Below are positions 25,499 through 34,782 of a stretch of DNA of 64,000 nucleotides, piece by piece; positions within the stretch are counted from its first letter, which is position 1; every line of letters starts with the position of its first letter. Under the pieces are notes generated by a model. The model made no database searches. It saw only the letters and a program-made list of their open reading frames with translations, and was not told the DNA's origin. Location of the stretch: positions 832,001 to 896,000 of the forward strand of contig CP060223.1 in the NCBI GenBank assembly GCA_023898465.1, given 5' to 3'. Both the position numbers and the translations under genes were made by a program. This DNA comes from Candidatus Nomurabacteria bacterium. Its GTDB lineage: Bacteria > Patescibacteriota > Patescibacteriia > HK-STAS-PATE-3.

Positions 25499-26254
25499 CT
25501 AGTTGGCGAACTTTGCGGCTTCATGAATAACGTGTTGACCATATAAACGTTGCAATACATCTGAAGAAAGAGCCTCACGAGGAGGTGCAAAACAAATCAT
25601 TTTCCGATCGAGGCATAAAACTTTACTAGAGAAACGTAACACAAAATCGAGTTCGTGCGAGATAACAATAATTGTCGCCTTTCTTTCTTGATTAATCTTT
25701 TTCAGCATTAGAAAAAGAGCTTCTTGGCCTTGTACATCAATACTACTCGAAGGCTCATCAAGAATAAGAATATCTCGTTCATGAAGCAAAGCTCGAGCAA
25801 TCAGAACTCGTTGCAGTTGACCGCCAGATAACTGGCCAAGAATTTTCTTCCGCTGCTCGTGCATACCTACCTCTTGCAAGATATCGTGTATCCGGACTGA
25901 TTCTTGATGAGGTGGAACGTCGCACGGAACTAAGGCGAGAAATTCTTCCACAGTTATTGGTAAGCTCCGGTCAAGCGCAAAATATTGTGGCACAAAACCA
26001 ATTCGTTTTACTGCCTGCTTTGGCGTCTTTCCTTCAATCCGAATCTTTCCTTGGGTCGCCTCATCAAGTCCAATAAGGATCCGAGCCAGAGTTGATTTCC
26101 CCGACCCGTTCGGCCCAATAATCGCGAGCATCTCACCTTTTTCAACCTCAAAGCTAACTTGATCTAAGGCGACAAAATCACCAAACTTCTTTTGTAGCGA
26201 TTCAACTTGTAAGAGAGGATGCCCAGTCATACCGATCAGAAGTATAGCACGCAA
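25499..26254 (-). CDS. znuC: Zinc ABC transporter ATP-binding protein (ZnuC-like); alternative ATG start at 26230
   Basis: Walker A GPNGSGKST, signature LSGGQLQRVLIARAL, Walker B ILILDEP. The ORF-track start at 26254 is TTG. Confidence 0.8.
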   Translation of the reverse strand: MRAILLIGMTGHPLLQVESLQKKFGDFVALDQVSFEVEKGEMLAIIGPNGSGKSTLARILIGLDEATQGKIRIEGKTPKQAVKRIGFVPQYFALDRSLPITVEEFLALVPCDVPPHQESVRIHDILQEVGMHEQRKKILGQLSGGQLQRVLIARALLHERDILILDEPSSSIDVQGQEALFLMLKKINQERKATIIVISHELDFVLRFSSKVLCLDRKMICFAPPREALSSDVLQRLYGQHVIHEAAKFAN

Positions 26255-27214
26255 CTACTCGGACTGCAGCGTCTCAAGAATGCTTTGGATATTAAAGGTA
26301 ATCAGATCGCTATAGCTTTGGCGCCCGGCAACACCGCCCAGTGGATCAAGTACTCCGACGTGAATCCCGGTATCATCAGCAAAAGATCGAATCCCTTCGG
26401 TATTCAATTGCGGTTCTAGAAAAACTGCGCCAACGCCCTCTTCCTCAATCTCGGACTGGAGGTCAGCCAAATACTGTGGGGTTGGCTCCTGACCAGGAAA
26501 AGGCTCAATACTCCCAGCGACTTGCAAACCAAAGTGATCTGCAAAATATCCAAAGGCGTCGTGCAGGGTGATAAAGGGAATATCCCGAACTACTGCTAAC
26601 TGCTCTTGCCATAAGACATCTTGAGATACGAGAGATGATTGAAACAAGGCGGCCCGTGCTTGATAGTCTTCACTGTGTTCTGGATCGATTTCAGATAAAT
26701 GCATAGCTACTGTTTGCGCAATCTGTGCAGCATTATTCGGATCAAGCCAATAGTGTGGATCAAACGCGCCGTGGTCGTGATCATGACCCTCTTCTTCATG
26801 CTCGTGCTCTTCATGGGCCTCATCTTCATGCTCGTGCTCTTCTGTTTCTTGTAATGTAATGCTTTCAGTTACTTCGACAACAGCAGCCTGTCCAGCAGCA
26901 TCAGCAATGTCTTCAACCCATTCATCCAAACCCGCTCCAATAGCAAACACTATTTCTGTTTTTGCTAAACGTTCCATAACTGAAGGACTGGGCTCATAGG
27001 TATGGACGCTGGCGCCTGGTGAAACAATGCTAAACACGACAATGTCATCTCCCGCTACGCTCTGAACAATATCGTAAAGCGGGTAGATAGTTGCGCCAAC
27101 TTGGAGACCGGTTTCTTCACTATCTGAATTTGTATTTGTATACCATGCTGCGGCCCCGATGCCGAGAATCGCAACACTAACAATCGTGATAAGAACTTTC
27201 ATACGTTTCCTCAT
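26255..27214 (-). CDS. znuA: Zinc ABC transporter substrate-binding lipoprotein (ZnuA/TroA family) with a His/Glu-rich loop
   Basis: N-terminal signal/lipobox-like region, metal-binding His residues, and an EEHEHEDEAHEEHEHEEEGHDHDHG loop typical of ZnuA. Confidence 0.75.
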   Translation of the reverse strand: MRKRMKVLITIVSVAILGIGAAAWYTNTNSDSEETGLQVGATIYPLYDIVQSVAGDDIVVFSIVSPGASVHTYEPSPSVMERLAKTEIVFAIGAGLDEWVEDIADAAGQAAVVEVTESITLQETEEHEHEDEAHEEHEHEEEGHDHDHGAFDPHYWLDPNNAAQIAQTVAMHLSEIDPEHSEDYQARAALFQSSLVSQDVLWQEQLAVVRDIPFITLHDAFGYFADHFGLQVAGSIEPFPGQEPTPQYLADLQSEIEEEGVGAVFLEPQLNTEGIRSFADDTGIHVGVLDPLGGVAGRQSYSDLITFNIQSILETLQSE

Positions 27215-27217
27215 TAA

Positions 27218-27631
27218 TTACTTACATTTTGCGCACAACCCAAAAAATTCTAAACTGTGTTGTTGAATATGAATACGATGTTTCTTTGCTAAGCGCTCTT
27301 CTTCTTTGTGCAGGTCTACTTTTGGCAGCACATCAATTACCTTACCGCACTGCGTGCAAATGAAATGATGATGATGTTCTTGCTTTAACTCATAGCGCTT
27401 TTGATCTTCGCCAAACTGCAACTCAAGCACCAAATCATTTTTCTTATACACCTCGAGCTCTCGATAAATGGTAGTTTTATTTACTGGCAAGTCCTTTTTT
27501 GCAAATACCTGAAGTAATTCAGGGACTGATAAAGGCTGCTTTGCCTGCTCTAAGACGGCATGGAGAGCATGACGCACCCGAGTACGCCGTAATCCCTGCT
27601 GGCTGAGTTTTTCACATATATCGCTACTCAT
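27218..27631 (-). CDS. zur: Fur-family zinc uptake regulator (Zur)
   Basis: HHHHFICTQCGKV...CAKCK Fur-family metal-site motifs. Start set at MSSDICEK (27631) because the promoter -10 lies inside the longer ORF. Confidence 0.75.
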   Translation of the reverse strand: MSSDICEKLSQQGLRRTRVRHALHAVLEQAKQPLSVPELLQVFAKKDLPVNKTTIYRELEVYKKNDLVLELQFGEDQKRYELKQEHHHHFICTQCGKVIDVLPKVDLHKEEERLAKKHRIHIQQHSLEFFGLCAKCK

Positions 27632-27637
27632 ACGAAC

Positions 27638-27668
27638 ATAATAACGCAACTGAGTTGCATGTGTCAAG
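27638..27668 (-). promoter_or_regulatory. zur promoter TTGACA-17-TTATTA (leaderless) with a 7-1-7 palindrome TGCAACTcAGTTGCa in the spacer, candidate Zur box
   Basis: Minus-strand reading ttgacacatgcaactcagttgcgttattatgttcgtATG. Palindrome read directly. Confidence 0.5.
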
Positions 27669-27705
27669 TCCTCTCTATTCTCGGGAAAATGAAAGGCGCT
27701 CTAGA

Positions 27706-28116
27706 CTAGCTAGAGCGACCTTTTTTGAGTAAGAGCTTGAGCAGCTCTCTACCGTCCTTGCCAGAAGCGATGATAGTGCACGAATGTCGATCCCGCGACA
27801 CCACATAATAGCAAGCACCAGGATCGCGATCATGGGGTGGCTCACCGTCCAGCACAGCCTCCTCACCACCAAAAGCGTTTTGGAATTGTCTCCCCATCTG
27901 GGTAGTCGTGTGCGGATAGAGCCCTTCATTCTCACGAGCAAATGTACCTGCCCACGTGGCGACCATCTGCGCAGTCTGTATTGTTGCAGCCTCCTTCTTC
28001 CTCACGTCATTTGGGATATACGCTATGGCGCAAATGATCGCAAAAACTCCAACAAGACCGAGTACCAGCAAGGCTTCGCTAAGCACACTTGATTTCGGTT
28101 TTTGTTCCGGCATCCT
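27706..28116 (-). CDS. Type IV pilin-like (prepilin-type N-terminal) protein
   Basis: SD ggaggg. N-terminus MPEQKPKSSVLSEALLVLGLVGVFAIICAIAYIP has a short charged leader, Glu at +5 and a hydrophobic helix, but Ser rather than Gly at -1. Confidence 0.45.
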   Translation of the reverse strand, partial: RMPEQKPKSSVLSEALLVLGLVGVFAIICAIAYIPNDVRKKEAATIQTAQMVATWAGTFARENEGLYPHTTTQMGRQFQNAFGGEEAVLDGEPPHDRDPGACYYVVSRDRHSCTIIASGKDGRELLKLLLKKGRSS

Positions 28117-28241
28117 GCCCTCCCCCGGCGCTACCTTCACAAGCGAATTCCAATGAACAACGATACTAAAAATATCGCGGGTACTATTCTGTGTCAATAC
28201 AAAACGACTTCATTTTTCAGAAGCCGCTTTGTATTTTTTTA

Positions 28242-31200
28242 CTAGACGAGTTCAGTTGCTTTTGGCTTTGGTTCTCGCTTGAATACTCGATAGAGTACTG
28301 GAATCACTATCAAGGTTCCAATAGTCGAGAAAATCAATCCGGAAATAATAGCCGTCCCTAAGCCTTGCCAGAAAGGATCAACCAAAGTTAATGGAATGAT
28401 ACCACCAATAGTCGTAATTGAGGTGGAGAAAATCGGCTTGAAACGACTATAGCCAGTGTGCACCAATACATCCACCCAAGTCGCTTCCGGCATAGCTTTC
28501 CGATGTCGATTCATAGCGTCGATAAATACAATTGCATCATTCACCACCACACCCACTAAAGCGATAACACCGAGTCCAGAAATCATATTCAAGCTACTTC
28601 CAACAATATGCAATCCAGGGAAAACACCAATCATGGCTAAAGGCACGGTGAAGAGAATAAGCAATGGCTGCATAAAGGAGTTAAACTGATTCACCAATAC
28701 GAGATAGACAAAGATCATCGCTAGGATAAATACAATCTGAAGATTTGAGTAGTCTTCTTGGAAGGTAGCGAGAGCGCCACCATAGATAACCCCATCAGAA
28801 GCTAGACCTAGTTCATCAAGCTTTTCAGTTGAAAGGTAATCCTTTACAGCTTGATCAAGTTCAGCTTGTGCCGTGTCCGGAGCATCCTCAGTTAATTTTA
28901 CGTTAATGGTTGCGACTCGCTCACCGTCTACTCGGGAGATCTGTACGGGTGCAGTAACCTCTTCAATGGTCGCCACATCTTGGAGTTGAACGATCCGTCC
29001 GCTCAGGGTAGGAAGAGCTAAGGCTTTCAAGTCATCAACTGAATCAGTGGAGGCATCAGAGAAGCGAAGATATAAATCATCAGACACGCCATCATTTCGA
29101 ACCACAAAGCTTCCAATCTTCTGCTCAGTAAACACTGCGTTAATTGCGCCAGCTGCCACCAAAGGATTTACACCTTGGGCTTGCAGCCTATTTTCATCGA
29201 GCGCCACGCGGACTGATGGCTGCGATAACTCTTCAAGTCCATTTTCTACTTCGGCGACATGCTCTTGATCTTGAATAAACCCAACAAGATCATTCGCTGC
29301 GTTGGTTAGTACTCCTGAATCAGTACTTAATAATTCAACAACCAAATCAAAGGTTGGCTCTGGAGGTCCATACGAAGCGTCATTCGCTTCAATTTGAATT
29401 TCCGGATCGATTTCAGCTCGAACTGCATCCAATCGTTCGTTATAAACATCAACAATTTCGTGAATAGTCATCCCGTCAGTCCGATCAACCGGTTCGGTAA
29501 AGGTCATGTATAAGGTTGTGCCAAAACTGTAGAAGTTTTCGAAGTAGGGCAGCTCAATTGCAACATCTTGTGATCGAACAATCACGTCCTTTTGTTCTTC
29601 AAAAGGCGTTCCGGTTGGGAATTCAAACTCAGTCAAAATCACATTCCCGTCATTTGATGGGAATTGCTCAAACTTCAACATTGGTGCAAAAACACCAAAG
29701 CTAACAACGAGTAATACTGTGGTGACGCCAATCACTGCCCATCGCTTCCATGTGCTTGGTAACACCGCGCGCATAAAGTTCGCGTACTTGGCCCGAATCA
29801 AATCAAGGAAACGCTGGCCGTAAAATACAACCGCTGGGAACACTGTTGCCTTTTCCCACGACTTCAACTTTCGGCCCATTTTTTCTTCTTTGGTTTCCTT
29901 TTTCAAGAAAGCCCGGCCGAGTACTGGAGTGACTGAAATGGCCAGCAAGTAAGAAACGAGCAGAGTGATAATGATCGTGAACGGGATAAACTTCAGGAAT
30001 GCACCAATAATTCCGCCAAGCATAGCAAAAGGAATAAACACAATAACTGTAGTGATTGTGGCTGCAGTGACTGCTGGACCAAATTTGTGGATAGCAGTGA
30101 GCGCAGCTTCCCCTTTACTCGCGCCGTGATCAATTTCGTGCACAATCCCTTCAGCAATCACAATCGCGTTATCAACCAAAATACCGAGAGTCAAAATCAA
30201 CGCGAACAGCGTCAGAATATTGAAGCTGAAGCCGATCATGTTCAAGATAAAGAAGGTGGTCAAGAAGGCCAGCGGAATAATTAAAGCGACGACAAAAGCA
30301 GTCCGGAGGTTGATAAAGAAAAGCAGCACTAAGAGAATAAGCACTAAACCAAGGTAGCCATTATTCACTAAGCTCGAAATCTGATCTTCAATAAATGGAG
30401 CAGTATCATAGAGCGTGACTACTTCAACACCTTCCGGCAAAACTTGATCATTCTTGATTTCCTGAATTGCTGCGGAGGTCGCATCTTTAATTCGAATAAT
30501 ATCGCCGTCAGCTTTTTTGTAGACTAATAAGTAGACCGACTCCCGGGAGTAGGCTTGGCCATCCTTTTTATATCCGCCAAAGTGAATTGATTCATTATCT
30601 TTTGGTTGGCGAGTAATTTCAGCAATATCACCAAGACTGACTCGGCCAAATGAAATTTTAGCCAAGGCATCTAAAGAAGTGACTGGTGCGACTACATTAA
30701 TTGCTTGTCGTCGACCATCCTCAGTTTCAACTCGTCCACCAGGGAGCGAGGTAATAAATGCCTGGACAGTTTGTTGAATTTGATCTGCGCTTAATCCAGC
30801 AGCGGCTACTGCTGAACCGTCTAAGGTAATTTGAACTTGATATTCATTCTCCGGAACAACATCGATTCGATCAATTTCGCTACTGGCATTTTCTAAGCGA
30901 GGCTGTACTGTATCAACAAAAGCAAGCAAGTCGTTGGTTGATTCACCATTACTCCCAACAATACCATAGGCAATTGCCGGCCCAGTCACATCAAGCATCT
31001 CTGTATTTACTTCCACATTCTCCGGTAGGCTCAGGCTATTTAATTCTTCGTTGATTGTAGCTGCAGCTGCCTCGGTCTTTGGAACCGACTCCATCTCGAT
31101 TGTCAGAAAGCCAAAGTTGTTTGAAGCATTCGATCGAATACTTCCGACGCCATCAACTTGTTCAACAACTTGTTCAATTGGGATAACTACTTCGCGCTCA

Positions 31201-31397
31201 ACATCGGCCGAAGAAGCACCAGGATATACCGCTTGTACAAAAATATAATTCGTTGGGATTTGCGGGAAATCCTGACGTTGGTTATTGCTCAATCCCCAAA
31301 AACCACCTAAGAGGATGGCAATTAAAAGAAGGATGGTCACCCGATAGCGGGTCAGGAAGAAATTTGACCACCGAACAAGAAAAGATTGTTTATCCAT
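28242..31397 (-). CDS. RND superfamily efflux transporter permease (AcrB/HAE-like), 1051 aa
   Basis: 12-TM topology with two large extracytoplasmic loops. Conserved TM4-like segments (ALIIPLAFLTTFFILNMIGFSFNILTL, GILVDNAIV). Confidence 0.7.
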   Translation of the reverse strand: MDKQSFLVRWSNFFLTRYRVTILLLIAILLGGFWGLSNNQRQDFPQIPTNYIFVQAVYPGASSADVEREVVIPIEQVVEQVDGVGSIRSNASNNFGFLTIEMESVPKTEAAAATINEELNSLSLPENVEVNTEMLDVTGPAIAYGIVGSNGESTNDLLAFVDTVQPRLENASSEIDRIDVVPENEYQVQITLDGSAVAAAGLSADQIQQTVQAFITSLPGGRVETEDGRRQAINVVAPVTSLDALAKISFGRVSLGDIAEITRQPKDNESIHFGGYKKDGQAYSRESVYLLVYKKADGDIIRIKDATSAAIQEIKNDQVLPEGVEVVTLYDTAPFIEDQISSLVNNGYLGLVLILLVLLFFINLRTAFVVALIIPLAFLTTFFILNMIGFSFNILTLFALILTLGILVDNAIVIAEGIVHEIDHGASKGEAALTAIHKFGPAVTAATITTVIVFIPFAMLGGIIGAFLKFIPFTIIITLLVSYLLAISVTPVLGRAFLKKETKEEKMGRKLKSWEKATVFPAVVFYGQRFLDLIRAKYANFMRAVLPSTWKRWAVIGVTTVLLVVSFGVFAPMLKFEQFPSNDGNVILTEFEFPTGTPFEEQKDVIVRSQDVAIELPYFENFYSFGTTLYMTFTEPVDRTDGMTIHEIVDVYNERLDAVRAEIDPEIQIEANDASYGPPEPTFDLVVELLSTDSGVLTNAANDLVGFIQDQEHVAEVENGLEELSQPSVRVALDENRLQAQGVNPLVAAGAINAVFTEQKIGSFVVRNDGVSDDLYLRFSDASTDSVDDLKALALPTLSGRIVQLQDVATIEEVTAPVQISRVDGERVATINVKLTEDAPDTAQAELDQAVKDYLSTEKLDELGLASDGVIYGGALATFQEDYSNLQIVFILAMIFVYLVLVNQFNSFMQPLLILFTVPLAMIGVFPGLHIVGSSLNMISGLGVIALVGVVVNDAIVFIDAMNRHRKAMPEATWVDVLVHTGYSRFKPIFSTSITTIGGIIPLTLVDPFWQGLGTAIISGLIFSTIGTLIVIPVLYRVFKREPKPKATELV

Positions 31398-31477
31398 TTT
31401 TTCTTAAAAACCTTTGTTTAAAATTGAAAATCCCTAAATAGGGCCGGCTACAGTATGCGCTAAGCCAGTATTTTTGT

Positions 31478-31516
31478 AAAGAAAAAGCCCGCCTCTGTAT
31501 ACCACAGGGCGGGCCA
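31478..31516 (-). terminator. Rho-independent terminator for the 31548-33704 gene (minus-strand gcccgcc-N12-ggcgggc then ttttt)
   Basis: Plus strand reads aaaaagcccgcctctgtataccacagggcgggc. Confidence 0.65.
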
Positions 31517-31547
31517 TATATGACTTTCTTTGTACATCTCCCTCCAC

Positions 31548-33704
31548 TTAGCTAGCGGACTGCTCAATTGGCAGACTGAGCAACAGTCTCCCCTCAGCAA
31601 CCGTCACCCGCACTCCAGACTCCTCCAGGGTCCCCAGGGCGGCGTGCAACTCCCGCATATCAGCCAAGGACAAGGCTGCATCACCGTTGCTTACCCTGAG
31701 TCCTAGCGCCTCGACTTTTGCCACCGCATCAATTGCTTCGCGCAATTTCTCCGGCCCAGTCCCGTTTCCAAGAATGTGCGCGTGTATGCGGACAATTTCT
31801 ACTGCGTTGGAGAATGTAGTAGCAGGCAAGGTAGGTTCGAGAACCTTCTTCAATGATGTGGCTACCTCATTCCCAGGCACTACCTCGGCAGCGGTCGAAC
31901 TTGTTGCGTCGTCTTCCTCCACCTCAGGCGTATCCTTGTCATCACCCAGTGGAGGAACAGGATCGGTCGCTTCTCCCACTTCTGCTGTTGGAGAAACATC
32001 CGGCTGCACTACTCCTGACTCATCTCCCTTTTCAGGCGCCGACGAAGCTTCCTGGGGCGCCTCTCCTTGTTGCTCGAAGAAGCGTTCACCTTTCTCCGTC
32101 AGCTCAAAGTGCGGACCGCATGAGATGGTATCGTTCTCATCCACTGCGACCCAAGCGTGCTCAACTAGGCAGTCGAACACATGAGCTCCGGCCGGATCAC
32201 CGAGATGGTCATTCAGCGCTCCGCGACCATCGTAAGGCTCAGTCTCCCGAACCTTCGCTAGATGCAGGAAGCACTCCAGATACTCGCCAGTCAACTCAGT
32301 CGCACTGATCTGACCTTCGATCTCAGGAGCAACTTCTCCACCAGGCGCGCCTTGATCTGGCTGAACGTCTCCTTGGTGATCTCGCAACCACCTGAGAGCT
32401 GCTTCAGCCTTCTCGGTGAGAAAAAAGCGAGGAGCCGATGAGTTTGGACTCCTGTCCTCGCGATCGTACCTGACGTAATGATGCAGCTGCGTCAACCACT
32501 GTTGCGGCCCAGTCCCTCCTCCTTGCTGTGCCGACTTAACTATCCCAATAGCACCATAGCGTTCTGACTCAGGAACAAGCGCCATAGCAACGAGACCGCG
32601 CAGTCGGTCGCCTACTAAGCCAGGATGACCAGGCACTTCCCTGTCGTAGTCGACCCTGCGTGGATCAAGTCCAGGCTCAGTTGCCGCTCCAGAAGCCTCC
32701 TTCTCTAAGTCCTTCAACCCAGCGCACTGCAGGCTGAGTAGAAGGTCGTTGATCTGTGCACACAGCTCGTCTTCCTTCACGCCAGACTCGATATCCAGCT
32801 CGATAGACCAAACCAGTGCATCACGGTACACCCGCAACACCCAAGTGTCACCTTGCCGGCGAGCCAACTGCGAAGCAATCTCCGGCGTGAACTTTTCATC
32901 ACGCAGCGTATTGCCTGTACTCGCCTCCCGCACTTGAAACAGATTCCCTACACGAGTGCAGAGATCTGCCAGAGTCAGTGCAGGGACTCCATCATGCTCT
33001 TCTCTTTTTCCACCTGGCACCATCTCCTCCTCTCCGGGTGTGTAGACGAATTCCCTGACGCTCTTTTGCAACTGCCGTTGCAGATCAACAGGACGCGAGG
33101 GCCGAGCTGCCTTCACCTGCATCGTCATGACAAAGCCGACGCCTTCTCGGACTACCCGAACGCCATGCTTTGTTTGCTGGAAGGTAGCCGGACTAGCTAC
33201 GGCTTTCAGACTAATCTCAGCAATTGGGTCGGCAGTAACCTTCTCTACCCCGGCCTGACGCTCCAACCACGCAGCGAAGGCGCGTGATTCGGCCTCCATC
33301 TGTTTGAGCGACGGCACCTCAGGCACCTCGACTGAAACGATGCCCTTCTTTGAGCGAGGCGGCCCTCCACGTGCGTGCTTCATCTTCGGACTCCTTTCCT
33401 CTTTGAGCGTTTGTGCAAAAGCTCTGATGGATTCGGAGCCCTGAAGCTCCTCGTAGTAACTCTGCCACATGAAACCATAGTCTCGTGCATACACCTCAAA
33501 ATCGATCGCCCAACCAGCCACATGCAAAGTGACGCACATCCTTGGGTATTTGGTTTCTAGATACAAACCATTCACCCTATCGCTTTTGAATGCATGCCAA
33601 TCCGTCGGTTGCACCCAGCCAACCCAAGGAAAAAGCCAGAGTAATTGATGCAATAACTCTGCATTTTCAATCATTTGAAGCGGGCATGACTCCGGAAATC
33701 GCAT
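31548..33704 (-). CDS. Large hypothetical protein (718 aa), strongly high-GC relative to its flanks; acidic C-terminal half
   Basis: Long ORF with coding periodicity and its own terminator. No recognisable domain. Confidence 0.5.
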   Translation of the reverse strand: MRFPESCPLQMIENAELLHQLLWLFPWVGWVQPTDWHAFKSDRVNGLYLETKYPRMCVTLHVAGWAIDFEVYARDYGFMWQSYYEELQGSESIRAFAQTLKEERSPKMKHARGGPPRSKKGIVSVEVPEVPSLKQMEAESRAFAAWLERQAGVEKVTADPIAEISLKAVASPATFQQTKHGVRVVREGVGFVMTMQVKAARPSRPVDLQRQLQKSVREFVYTPGEEEMVPGGKREEHDGVPALTLADLCTRVGNLFQVREASTGNTLRDEKFTPEIASQLARRQGDTWVLRVYRDALVWSIELDIESGVKEDELCAQINDLLLSLQCAGLKDLEKEASGAATEPGLDPRRVDYDREVPGHPGLVGDRLRGLVAMALVPESERYGAIGIVKSAQQGGGTGPQQWLTQLHHYVRYDREDRSPNSSAPRFFLTEKAEAALRWLRDHQGDVQPDQGAPGGEVAPEIEGQISATELTGEYLECFLHLAKVRETEPYDGRGALNDHLGDPAGAHVFDCLVEHAWVAVDENDTISCGPHFELTEKGERFFEQQGEAPQEASSAPEKGDESGVVQPDVSPTAEVGEATDPVPPLGDDKDTPEVEEDDATSSTAAEVVPGNEVATSLKKVLEPTLPATTFSNAVEIVRIHAHILGNGTGPEKLREAIDAVAKVEALGLRVSNGDAALSLADMRELHAALGTLEESGVRVTVAEGRLLLSLPIEQSAS

Positions 33705-33779
33705 ACCAGCCTCCTTGAATTGTAAAGGTGCCTAAAACCTGAGCTTACCCTAATAAGGAAAGTTCACTTCGTCAATATA

Positions 33780-34745
33780 TTATACAGCAAGCGTCGTAAT
33801 CGGGCGGCTTTGCGTCACATAAAATTTCTTCTTTTCCTTGGCCCACTCGACATCCACCGGGAAACCATAATGCCGCTCTATCAATACAATCAATTTCGCC
33901 AGGGAGATAATTTCTGCTTTTGTTAAGCACTGCTTCCCGCCCTTTGCTGCGCTGAGAGATTTCCAAGAATTTCCACCCTTACTTGAACGGGCCAGCATCT
34001 TTTCCTGCTCCACAACATTCACGTCCAACAGTTTGAAACCGCGCTTATCAACCACATAACTGTCCGGCGTAATCTGACCCGAAACAACTGCCTCGCCCAG
34101 TCCAAAGCCAGCTTCAATGATAAGCTGGTTCTTATCTTGCGTCACCGGATGTACGGAAAAAGCAGTGCCCGATACTTCGCTCTGTACCATCTTCTGCACG
34201 ACAACTGCAACGGAAATCTTTTTCTTATGCAACTTTTGCTCGAATCGATAAAAAATTGCCCTTGGGGTAAAAAGAGAAGCCCAGCAACGCTGTACGTTTT
34301 TGAGAAGCTGCGCTTTCGTCGTATTTAAATAAGTATCAAGCTGCCCTGCCCAGGCAGCCGACGCGCTGTCCTCAGCCGTCGCACTTGAACGCACGGCCAC
34401 ATAGGACGCCTGAAGACGTGCATGTGCCGCGCTAATTTCCCTAGCAATATCTTTTGGCATCTTTGCCTTGAGGATCAAGCCTTGAATAATTTCACTCGCC
34501 AAATCAATAGTGTGCATTTCCCTCTTATCAACCTTAGCGAGTTGTGCTTGAATCTCCACCCCTAAATCTGTCTCAGCTAAAAAGCGCTCAAAAGCCTCAG
34601 CTGCAATAACAAAACCTGGCGGGACTGGAATTCCTGCCTGTGTCATCTCACCTAAACTAGCCCCTTTACCACCTGCTAAGCCCGCATCTTTTTTACCAAT
34701 CTGCTTGAAAAAATGTATGCATTCCATAGAGAAAGTATAGCACAA
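33780..34745 (-). CDS. Standalone PEP-synthase/PPDK N-terminal ATP-grasp nucleotide-binding domain protein (PPDK_N), 315-321 aa
   Basis: KKDAGLAGGKGASLGEMTQAGIPVPPGFVI Gly-rich loop. VAVRSSATAEDSASAAWAGQLDTYLN and IIEAGFGLGEAVVSGQITPDSYVVDK hallmark segments. No His or PEP-binding domain. Confidence 0.8.
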   Translation of the reverse strand: MCYTFSMECIHFFKQIGKKDAGLAGGKGASLGEMTQAGIPVPPGFVIAAEAFERFLAETDLGVEIQAQLAKVDKREMHTIDLASEIIQGLILKAKMPKDIAREISAAHARLQASYVAVRSSATAEDSASAAWAGQLDTYLNTTKAQLLKNVQRCWASLFTPRAIFYRFEQKLHKKKISVAVVVQKMVQSEVSGTAFSVHPVTQDKNQLIIEAGFGLGEAVVSGQITPDSYVVDKRGFKLLDVNVVEQEKMLARSSKGGNSWKSLSAAKGGKQCLTKAEIISLAKLIVLIERHYGFPVDVEWAKEKKKFYVTQSRPITTLAV

Positions 34746-34782
34746 TGGAGTATGGGCGCTCTTTTTGGTAAACTACTAGCAT

